Shown: positions 13,601-25,600 of the stretch, one piece after another
Numbering within the stretch: the stretch's first letter is position 1
How the letters are laid out: each line of letters begins with the position of its first letter
Source of the DNA: Tubulanus polymorphus
Taxonomy: Eukaryota > Animalia > Nemertea
NCBI RefSeq assembly: GCF_964204645.1
Contig: NC_134025.1
Span: 23,850,299-23,914,298 of the forward strand
Direction: 5' to 3'
Length of the DNA: 64,000 nucleotides
Position numbers and translations under genes: made by a program
The notes under the pieces: generated by a model
Seen by the model: the letters and a program-made list of their open reading frames with translations, nothing else
What the model was told of the DNA's origin: nothing
Databases searched by the model: none

Positions 13601-14807
13601 CGGGGCAGGGAGTTGACTCCACACCTCACCCTCTTCCGGGCAGAGGTATAACTTAAACACAACAATAATCAGTATTGAATAAGGCATTTCTGTTCTCGCT
13701 ACTAACGATAATAAAACATGAAAATCTCTTTCATTTTTCGCGAGGCAGGCGCGTATTAATGTTTTCTTTGAGCGTCTGCTATCTTCTCGTGTCAGTCTGC
13801 GTTGGGAACAATAACCAGATCATAGAAAAACTCTTGTTTTATCGAGTGGAAGAAGTTAGAAGTTAGCGCGCGCGCGTGCGCGTGAGTCTGTTCGTATCTT
13901 ATTGCGTGAAAACGAATCTTTAATCGTGTGTACAATGTATAAACGAGATGTATGTAATTAATGATGAATATTTGTAATTAATGATCGCCGGATATATTCA
14001 TATTCATAAATATAAAAAAAAATTCATTAGATTATTTCGTTGCGGTTTTCATTTCTCGATGTGCTGAACTGTTTTAAAGGATCAAAGCCTCGCCTCGTAC
14101 ATGGTTCAGTGTACATATGTCACTAAATTAGGCGTCACTGTCAATAAAATATGTCACTGTCCGAAAATTAGACGTATGTGACGTTGAAATTGTATCGATG
14201 CAGATGATTTACAGTTGAGAAAATTCTATCAAAGCCCCAACAATATGAATTAATGATAAACAGTAGTTTTTTGTTTTACGACCATTGGATTTGAATGCAG
14301 GCGGTGAGTCGTATATTGGTGTGTTTAGGGCAAGCCAAATCTGGAATAAGTGTATGAGAACTGACCTCCATGTGTATTGCATGTTTTGAATGACCAAAAA
14401 AGTTAATTGGGGTATATATATAGGATACTGATGATCTCTTCATCCGGAATCTCTGTCAAGAAACTGCGTACGGTAGTGTTCGTGTTGTTACGAAAAAATC
14501 CTAGTGCAATGATGGGTACCGTACAAAAAGCGTCAACCCTAGCAACATTTTTCTTTCTCATTTGAATCACATGAGAAAAAGTTCATTTTCAAAATAAATT
14601 ACTCTCTTGACCTAGCTAATTGTTATCAATCGAATATGCATGTTCCTTAGTCCTTAGCCAGGGTTGATGGAATACGCCGCCGTTCATTAGCATACTTGAT
14701 ACATTAAAACTCTTCGCCAGCGGAGAAAAGAAAATTGACAGCAGCCAGAATCCCATCAACAGCGGTAGTTTCAGTGAAATACCGCTATTAATAGGCAACG
14801 CGAGTTC

Positions 14808-15203
14808 GTTCAGAGAGAGCGAGAGAGAGAAGAGCGGATATAAACAGCAGTGTAGTACTGGCAGCGGTTGGATAAGGGTAGTTTTCTAGAATCATTTCCT
14901 TAATTCAAAAAGTCGCTCAACGCCGTTTTCTTACGGCAGCAATTTCGTGGATTTTTGAGAGGATCAACATCTAACGTAGTTGCAGTACCGAGCGGTTGCC
15001 ATAGCGATGGATGGATGGATTTTTTGCTGAAATCAGGCTCAGATACAGCCCCCGACTCCGAGGAGAATGTAAGCCTTCTAAAACACGCGTGTTCTCGCTG
15101 CTTAATGACGATCTAATAACTGAAATAGGATCATGGATGCAGTCACCGCTCGTCACCTTAGCGCTATGAGGATTTCACCAAAAGATTATTTACTACCGTG
15201 AAG
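14808..15203 (+). promoter_or_regulatory. Probable MGAT5 promoter and non-coding first exon
   Basis: (GA)n tract at ~14812-14834, TATAAA at 14839-14844, CpG-rich context, donor gaag|gtacaa at 15203 and matching acceptor ttttcag at 15738 upstream of the ATG. Confidence 0.45.
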
Positions 15204-15766
15204 GTACAATGTTTTTATCTCGGCTGGATTGTGTTTTTAACGTGTTGCTATAGAATGTTCGCGCTTCTGTGTTATAGTTTCAGTGTTTGTCTGTGAGTTC
15301 GCAAAACCTAGTTCTGCGTGTGATAAGTAAAATCATTATTTGTATCGAATTACCAGATTCCCAAACGTAATATCTGAGAAGCCGGGAAAAGTAAAAAAAT
15401 TATCAATACTGCGATATTGCGTCTGAGCTTACTGAATTGCTTTAATTATCATGCAGAATATAGCATACACACGCATCGACTCTGGAGATGCATCGTTCTT
15501 ATTGATTCATAAAAGACATCTAATCGAGTTTGTAATTGAATCGGCTCAGCGAATCAAACAACGTTGTCACGGCCACGAACATAAAACTATTTCAATTTCA
15601 AAACCCGATTTCGGAATGTTCTCTTTAGCATTTTCTGAACCGTTTTACTATAAAACATTATGTGTTAGTATGGAGGCGTAGGAAAATACCGGTAATTCGA
15701 TATTTGAAAGCTGTTTCTTGGTATCGGGGTGTTTTCAGGTATTAATTAGCGGCACTTGAAGGAGTG

Positions 15767-16518
15767 ATGTCCAAATGGTGTCATTTATGTAGAGCAGTAA
15801 CACCACGACTGCTGCTGATAAGAGCTAGAAAGTTGACGGTGATTTGCGCAATCGTTTGTTGGATTGTCACATTCATCAGTGTCATCAGGTTGCAGACCTT
15901 TCAAGAGCATGATAAAATAGCATTGGAGGTAAGTTTTATCCTGTGTGTGAAAAGTGTGAAAGTGCACTTTTAGAGAGATATCCTGCATGGGAAAAGAAGT
16001 GTTTTTTTGTTGGCAAGCTTTGTGAAGTAATTTGTTATACTGTCAGGCGACGATCTCACCAGAGTTGCGAACGTTCGGCTCAAAATATGCCTTTTACACG
16101 CCTTGTGTTTATTTGGATGCGATTTTGTAAACTGATGATCGTTACGACAAGGCGATTCGTAGCTGTTCGTGACCTCGGGATCCCATCCGATTTGTAGTCC
16201 ACGGCCGCCACGGAATAGCAAAACAGCTCTCTGTGTGATGGCATACTTTGAACACGCTTCAAAAAACCATGTCAATATCTTCATCGAATTCTTTCGACAG
16301 GCCAAAGAAGAAATTCATGAAGGCGAGGTTTCGTATACTCGCGAGATAACATTGCTTCAACTTGGAGCGATGAGTTCTGCAAAATGGGATCAACCATACG
16401 GTACGTATCAATGTTATATAATTATCTTATATAATAATACCGAATTGTTGTGCCGACTGCTCCGTCGTTACTGGACGTATCGCCCTTAACGGGTTCAGAT
16501 CTTCAGTACCGTGTATAA

Positions 16519-16607
<89 letters not shown>

Positions 16608-19600
16608 TATATATATGATATGATCGTATCGGTACTTTACATATTTCTATGCTATCTATAGTTCTGTTACGGGCTTCCATGGGAAGATGAAATTTTCAAT
16701 AAGTGATTAAGGGACCGAGTATCCTCTCGGTCCGATATCCCATGGTCTCAACGGGTATGGGTGATCACAAAATACTCCTACACAAAAAAAGCGGAAGTAG
16801 TATGTTTAAAAATCACCCGTGGAACCACGGGCTTTTCATACATTATAAAATGATCATACCGGTACTTAACATATTTGTTTGCTATACCCGGTAGTTATGT
16901 TTCGGGTGGGTTCAAATCTTCAGTACTGCGTACAATTCATACATTATGAAATGACCATATGGGTAACATATGCCTATTTGTTTCTATCTATAGTTCTATA
17001 ACCTTGGGCCTCTATGGGAAGAAGAAATTTTCAGTATGTGATTAGGGGCCCCAGTATCCTCGGGCACAGGTCAAGTCGGTCCCGAGGTCCCATATGGTCT
17101 CAACGGGAACGGGTGATCATACCACATAATAAGCCACTTTAAAATGCTCCTACTCAATTCGTATGAACTAATAAGTAGGAAGTTCTACATTTAAAAATCA
17201 CCCGTGGTTTCCACGGGCTTTCCACTAGTTTACTAATATTCCGTTAGGATTTTACAGTTCAAAGGACGTTTACGCGTCAAATATTTATTGAACCAGCTGT
17301 TGAAAAATGTACGCAATCAGATGGACTCGTTGACCGACACATTTGTCACAAATAGATAAAAGAATACGTACTCCGGTGCACAGCTGAGTAGAAACTTCGA
17401 TCGGAGTACCGATTTCTGCTCTGTCTACATTCTCAATAATGATCATGAAATATATGCTTGATATAGAATGATATAACTAAATAAATGATGTGCGTCGATT
17501 AAAATCGACATCTCAGATTATTCAATTAGCTTTCGCAGTGATTATAGACGACAAGGTTTTTCTAATATTCATTTTGCACCTTCGGAACTGTTTATGTTTA
17601 TACCGTTATACCGTTTCCAACCGGCTATTTCCAAATTATTCTCACGACTCTCCATTCACATACCGAATACGTGAGGTATTGCAAACCACTGCTGGAAAAA
17701 TAGTATATAATATAGTTAATAGCTATGAATCAGAAATGTTCATTCGTCAATTCATCAAAGTCGTGCTGTGAAAAACGTGATTTTTTTCTACCGCAATCGG
17801 TCAATAATACAACGAGTCCCGAGGGTGTTTTAGCCTCCGTGTTTTAGCGTAATTCCGATGATTGGTTTCGGTAAACTATACCATTCCCGTCGGTTTAGTA
17901 ATCAATATTGCCATTCTGCTTCGAGTGGGAAAGAAATGCAGTTGGCATCGTTTTAAGTGAATTTAAAAGTGAATCCGTACGACTATTCACCGTCGTATCC
18001 GAATTTCAACATTTGAGCGACCGGCATTTAGGAATCGATTGGCTAATATCTATGCGGCAGTACCGTTTTGTACAACATAACATAACATAACATAACATAA
18101 CATAACATAACATAACATAACATAACATAACATAACATAACATAACATAACATAACATAACATAACATTTTAAAAATTTCAAATTTCCTACAGTACTCAG
18201 ATTTGACGCCTGGAACCGCTACTGAAAGATTCATTTGAATTTTTGTTTGCACGCCTTTTGGATGACGATATTTCTGATTTAGTAATCATAAGATGGGCTT
18301 CGTAATCAACTCTGTAAAAAATGATACATCTAATCTAAATCTCAGTATCCCAATTTCTCATCATCTATGCGACATCTTCAATCGAAATCGTATACCCATG
18401 CACGGTATTTAGCGTGGCCGGCTTATCTGCAACAACGGTCAGATTATGTACGGACGTGTGTGTGTCGAAATAATCCTATCATCAACGCTTACCAGGGACG
18501 ATTTCCGTGGGTTGGGCATTGTTACGCATTGCTAAACATATCGGAAATGTGATTACTGTATCTGTATGATATACGCTCACTTTTTAGCCGTCGAATCCGG
18601 ACTGTATAAATCGTGTTCATTGTATGCGTACTATATAAAATCAAAATGCACACAATCATAAATACAGTGTCGCATCCTCTCGAAATCGTATCTCGAGTGA
18701 TAAATGGGACGAATTGATTTAGAGGCGATTATTTAGCGAAGGCCGTCATCACAAATCCGGGATTTATAGAAGCCTCGCCGCGGCAACATTACATTATCGA
18801 TCACTCACATAAGACAAATAGTTTATCACCCGTTTGATAGATGTCCAAAGCGTCCGCATGTTCGTAATTTCCACATGGCACGAATATTTTTAATTGCCTG
18901 CAGAATAAAATATTATCATACAATAAATACATAAATGCAAAGTGCTTTAATTTGAAAATGAATACTAATCATATATATATATTGACAACAGATGACAGTA
19001 ATCGAATTTCTCACTAATTTCGCGGCGATTGTCGGGAAATTCCTCGATATTGCGGTTACTGGCATTTCCGCGGGGACACAGTTGATTTATATCTCGGCAA
19101 AAGCGTAATTCGATCGCGCAATTAATAACGTCCGACATTCAGCGGTTATCGGGGTTGATCGAGAACTTGCCGAGCCGAAACCATCATACACGTGGTAAGT
19201 ATTTTTGCGAGCGTTCGACAAGCTTATATAACACCGTCACAGCTGTTCGCATCCCAAACGGACATTGCCCTGTCACACCCCCTTTATCCTCCTCTTTGTC
19301 AATCGTGTCGGATCAACAAATTGAGCTAATGAATTATTAATGAGACACGTATGTCTCCGTGCAACTTTTGCGTGGAAACCGTATGAATGCGGCTCCTCTC
19401 GTTGATTAACGATCGGCTACAAGACTCATTTGCAGTCAAAGTGCAAGGCTTAATTAGGCTTTCTTTTCTACATTCACGTGGTATTTATCTCCATATACTA
19501 ATTGCGTGTAAAATTCAAATCTCATCCATTTCGTAAATTGCGGTATATATCATGCTGGCAGTCGATTCTCATCAATCAATTATGGCTAGATTGTCGTGCA

Positions 19601-22600
19601 CGCACGCGCCAAAGTAAAAGCAAACAACCCCTCAATCAGAATCCATCATCGGGATTATGGATTGCTCGAGATCAAAGGCGCCAAATATATTTTCCGCTGG
19701 TTGACGGCACGATCCACCGCTGATTTCGTTAAACTTTCATAAGTCACAGACAACACCAGTGCCTGCGTCAGGGTTCTGACTTCACAACCCTCTATTACAG
19801 AATATATTACTAGATAAGGTTTTCCTTGCTTTTGGAGATAAGACTGGCCTGCATTTCACCACTTATACTTATGTACGTCAAATTCTTCCCGTCTTGCCAT
19901 ACACCATTGGGATAGAGCGGTTTATTGTTCTGGTACTGTATTTACAACAGGTAAAATCAACTTCTTCAGTACTGATTAGGTTTTCGAAGCCCCAAGCCTA
20001 GAATAAAAGTAAACCACAACATATGCCCACAGTGCCTTTCTCTAAACCTAATCAAAGCATTTTCGTATGAAAGCACAAAATGATTTCTTTTTCTTTTACT
20101 AAGAATAGTCTATAAGACATGGATACCAGTAGATATGTTGTCTTGTACTCCGTGATTTTTACGCAATTTTTACGCAAACCAGCTTGGTTCATTCAAATTT
20201 GAAGGAACATCGATAGTCTCTTGTCCAAAATACTCGTGAAAGCTTAAATTAGGCAAGTCGAAACTTGGAAATTATAGAAATGCAATAAAAGTTTGTGTGA
20301 TTAGCAGCTCCTTTGAACAGGCGAAGTCGCCAATCTTTGATTTATCTTATCCAATAAATCAGGAGTGGGATTTGCACGGATCCATCATTCTGTAACCATA
20401 ATTATTGATACCGGTCAGTTAAATCTCTCCAGAATATTATGCTATCTTATACGAATGACAGTTCCATTCCGTGTAGCAAACAGATCATCAAAATTCAACT
20501 CAACAACGACAAAAAAGTCTTGTGTTTTTCTTGTATTTGCATTAAAATCACCGCAAACGCATTGCTATCTCCATCATTTAAAGAACAAAGGTATGCATTG
20601 ATCTAGATATCAAACAGACTGGCATGTTCGTAAATGCGCTAGTCTCTAGTAAGACCAAATCAATCCATCTGTACATTTTTAGTTATGAATATGTTTCGAA
20701 GAATAGCCCATATTCATGAATTCTTGAATTTAAGGGAATAACTTCACTGACCCAAGAGGAGTAGATGTATCGAAATGTGTCGTCACGCGCATTGATGATA
20801 TGTACCCACATTGTGATGCAAAATTCCAGGTGAGTGGAACTATATGGCCTAGAAATTTTCCGGGGTTCGCTATGCCATAGACGTATAAACTAGATTATAC
20901 GTCCATGACTATACCCAGATTGTATCGTGATCCATGCAAAAATTGAAGACCAGCTTCCGAAATCTATCGGATATTTTCCGTCGAGTTAACTCGTGTTCGA
21001 CATTTTGAAAATGTTAATTGGTTGAAAGCATACGGCGGAGATTTAGATGCACGAAAAATGAAAGCCGTGTCCTTTCCACGATTTGTTTGATGTAGATAAA
21101 GGAATCTAATTAAAGAATTAATGTTTGTTCATTAACTTTGCACATATTTCATTTTCTAAACTGTATATTTAGTGCATTCGACTCGATTTATTTCAGTGGA
21201 TGCGTTTACATTGGAAAAGCGATACGTGTTACGGCGAAAATGGCGTAGACGGTTCCGACTGCTCATTCCTGCGATATCTGAGCGAGGTATGATCATCTGC
21301 GGTGCTAATATACCTTTCCCTCTTGACCGATAAACTCTCCTTGATGGGTACTCATGATATCAGTTGGAAAAACAAGCTATGTTCTGTTGTTGTTACTGAA
21401 TCATCTTGTACGTCTGGTTTTGACATGTCTGTAATCCGAGCCTTCGTCGATATCGGACTTTGTATCCGTCGGGATTATCACGATAGCTTGGTCCATTTGT
21501 TGAAGCGTTTATAATTGTTATTGCATTATCGATATCCAATACGCAAGGCTTTATGGAGAGATTTCTGAAAATCAACAGTTTGGTTTATGGCATCTTCAAA
21601 TATATATATTCATATGTTGACAGGTTGAAAACTGGTGTCCACATTTGCCAGGTCGACAAACTGTTATGGCTAACAAGTCACACGCAGATTCCAAATGGCA
21701 TAAAAAGGTAAACAAAATTGATCGCGATGCTGACGTTAACAACTTGATATGCTTGAAAAATGTATCCGTACATTTATTTGCTGCAACGTTATACCTATTT
21801 GCAAACGGAGAAGTAACATATTGTTGTTGGTAGTAGAAAGGTAAAATGTGGTTACCTTGACCTTCACAGGTTTATGGTGGCATTCTTCTGAAGACCGATT
21901 CGTTGTTGTTTTGACTAAGGAATTTTTTTTATAATGAATGAAATGGGGAATTGTTCTTTTTATATGTTTGATTGATTGATTGATTTTGATTTGAATATTG
22001 TCCCTTATAAACCCACCACGCAACGGAACAGGTGGTTTGACATTTGAATTGGAAAAAGACGGCCTCCTTGATCATTCTAAACCAAGACATACCTAAGTCA
22101 GGATAACTAATAGATGTAATACGTTACGATTCTCTCTTTTCTAGGGCTGGGCTGCTTTCTTGTATAAGCTAACTGTTGCTTCAAAGCAGTCCTTCATTTA
22201 ATTTTGTTACATTTATAATTTATTTTCTTATTCATTGATTCTGTAAAAAAATTTACTTGAAATTAATCATATATCATATATCATGCGTATATTATACGTA
22301 ATAAATGAATGGTCCTCAGTAAACTAGTCGATAGTGTCGATATTTGTTTACTGCTTCACGTCCGTTTGTGTCAAGATGTATATATAAGTATACGAGGTTA
22401 TGACTCCAAATGTGGAGATTTTGCGAGCTATTTATTCAATATACGATGAGTATTGCCTCGGCAGAAAAGTAAATAGTTGTTATCATTGTACATGTAACAA
22501 TTTCCTCATTACATCTAAACCCTCCGAAACAATTTTACAAGGCTTTCATAGACATAGACATAGACATAGACATAGACATAGTTCTTGATAGTTTTAAATT

Positions 22601-25600
22601 GTATCCATTTTGGATTAATTTCTATCAGGCTAGTTTGAGACTTGAAATAGAACCATTGATGAGTTTACTCAAGGATCCGGTGTCTGCTCATAAGAACTAC
22701 GATTGGATGAGATTGCGTATCCGTCGTATGTGGCCAAATTGGGCAGCTGCTGCTGAAAATCTCGGGCGAAAGCAAGATCTACAAAACAGAAGGCAGATGA
22801 AGGTAACAGATTGCTGGGAAATTTTTTTCCGATTACTTTGATGTAATCAAACTTGTTTTTCTCCATTTTTTCTAATCAAAACAGTTCTTGATAATTTGAT
22901 TTTTTGGTCGTGAAAATACGCGGAGGCCAGCACGCGATTTCAAATAAGTGCGAGTTATAAATTTCTAGATAAATCATTAATGTTCTGTCGGAGAATATAC
23001 ATTTTCATAAATTTCCTTTTTTATCGATGAGTGGGGCAACAATTTTCAGAATCCATGCTGTAACTCCCAGTGAGGGGTTTGTCATTGAACAAGGACAGAA
23101 ACGATTTTTCGATATCTTAGTAATTCGTTTTATGTGAAAGCCAGCACGTGTTCTCTATAAGCCTGAGTTATAGATTTCCTTAACTGTTCTGTCGGAGAAT
23201 ATGCATTTTCATAATTTCATTTTTTACCAATGAGTAGAGGCAATGATTATGAGAATCCATGCTGTGACTTTTCAGTGAGGGGTTTGTTAATATATGTAAT
23301 ATTCTAAAGGGTTTGTCATTGAACGAGGACAGAAACGATTTTTCTAAATTGTGTTCACTACCTGTTTTTTTGCTATGGTATGTTTATCTTTTTTAAGGTC
23401 TTTATGCATTTAGGATTGCTCACAAGACAAGCGGGCCTAAAATTTGCTGAATCTGCATTTAAAGGTGAAAGAATTAATGAAATGTAGCGATATTTCAGCA
23501 CCAAACCATCACAACGATGGGTGGAATATTTTGATTATTGTATTATTGATACTTTTAGGTGGACCATTAGGAGAATTAGTTCAATGGAGTGATTTGATCA
23601 CAGCTTTGTACATATTAGGACATAATCTAACCATTTCTAGTGAAATAGAGCAGCTATCTGGGTATTGCTTCTTGTTTCTTTTTAGTTTTACAATAAGTAT
23701 CCGAACATACATATTTCATCATCTATAGTTCGATGTGAATGTTTGTAAAGTGCAAAAAGATTATACTGCGAACAAAATAATGAATTTGTCTTATTATTTG
23801 ACATAATCTTGTGAATTATGCGCAAGTGCTTTAGTTGTCCTTCGATCTACATCTACGATTCTTGCGAATCTAAATGCCTTCAAAACATTATTTCAGGTAT
23901 ATCATGAAGTATAAGTATGGTGCTCACACGTGTCCACCGCCTAGTGAAGACAGACTAGACCTGTTATACACTGATATACTCGGTTTAAAGCAAATTAAAA
24001 GATATAATAAGAAACAGTACACATTCCTTCGGTCAGTTTATCTTTTTTATTGAATGGGATTTTTTTGTATATCGTCGAAATTGTTTTTAAATTTAGTATA
24101 AAATTGGTTTTGGCAACAAGCAATAATTATTCATCAATATTTACATCAATATCATAGATATTGTTTTGTTAAATTGTTGTGATAAATTGTTGTGCAATTC
24201 TTATTTCAGATGTGCTTTGCGAGTATTGGACTCATTTGGAACAGAACCACAATTCAACTATGACATGTACGCGAAGAAGCACCGATTAAAAAGCGATTGG
24301 GGAAAACACAACTTACTCCCGAAACAGTTCAACACGATGTTCCGTAAGGACGCTTCAATCCTCTTCTGATGTAGATAATAGATACTAATTTATTCATTAG
24401 TTACAGCATCACATATTGAATCCATAGATCGGATGCACTTACTGAACTAAAATGCTTCTCGAGTTTATTACTCGTCGGATGTTACGACAGGGAATAGTAA
24501 ACCCGGAAAAGTCGTTTGGTGCTTTAAATAGGTTAAGAGGCAAATCACCCTCTTGCATCTATCGACGAGGATCGGTTTCTTCTTTACCTATGCTTGAGTA
24601 TACAGATAATGATAAGAACATTTTTGTTCGAGAATGTGAATTCCGAGCAAGTGTATCTACTTCGAAGCTTCTCTTATAACTTCTGCATGAATTCGTACTA
24701 TGTCAAATGCATCATCAGCGTCGGTGAAGAGTGGATTTTCTAGTTCACAATTATACGCGACTTCTTTATCGATACTGAGTTCGTTGACACTTCTCGACTA
24801 ATCATCTCGACAAGCCCAAGTGTAATAAAAGACAGGCTTTTATCTGATGATATATTTTATGTACATATTTACGTCATTCTAGCTCACACTCCTGACAATA
24901 CATTTCTTGGTTTTGTTGTCGAACGGCCGCCGAACAATTCTCGAATCAATTCCATCGCACGACGCAACCGTGCGCTAGTCTACGGCAAAAACGACTACAT
25001 GTGGTATGGAAAGGCTGGCTATCTAAATATTGTTAAAGACTATTCGGAAATTCACGGAACAGTTGCTCGAGGTCGCAAAGGAAAGAACGATGTAGCGAAT
25101 GTTCCGAAATACGTGAAAAACCACGGAATTCTTGTCGGTGAAGAATTAACTGTATTGTTGCATACATCAAAGGTACTTACCGTATATATTTTCAGGCTAA
25201 TCAGCCGATTTTCTAGCCTCAGATTTCTACCCCAAAAAATCATGGTCGACTTATTGGACGGATACGATCTGACCTAAAAAATCATTTCCCAATCTATGTC
25301 ACTTAGATGCTCCCAAAAATCATCAAAATCAAGAAGAGTGGTCCATATTTATTTACGTAGATTGTATGTATTATAGTGTCTATGAATTGCAATATTATAC
25401 TTTGGTTTTATATAAGATAAGAATATTAGTTAAATTTAGACTTCAGAGTATAAAATCAACAGGTACAACTAGTAGTTAAACATGGAAATATGGTGAAAAA
25501 TTCATCGTAAAATTCGCTGAAAAAGAATTAAACTTCAATCGAATCATTTGTCATAAAAAAATGTACTATGCGTTTCCAAAATGAATTGTTTGCTTTACAT

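Noticed and set aside
18043-18252. ORF with repeating MLCYV peptide
   Set aside because: Translation of the (CATAA)n microsatellite.
20876-20907. Short palindrome catagacgtataa/ttatacgtccatg as a miRNA precursor
   Set aside because: The 13-bp stem is too short; more likely a MITE remnant.
22925-23344. Tandem H/ACA snoRNAs (AGAATA and ACA present in both units)
   Set aside because: H-to-ACA spacing is too long, I see no clear hairpins, and both units lie in one intron; a plain duplication is simpler.
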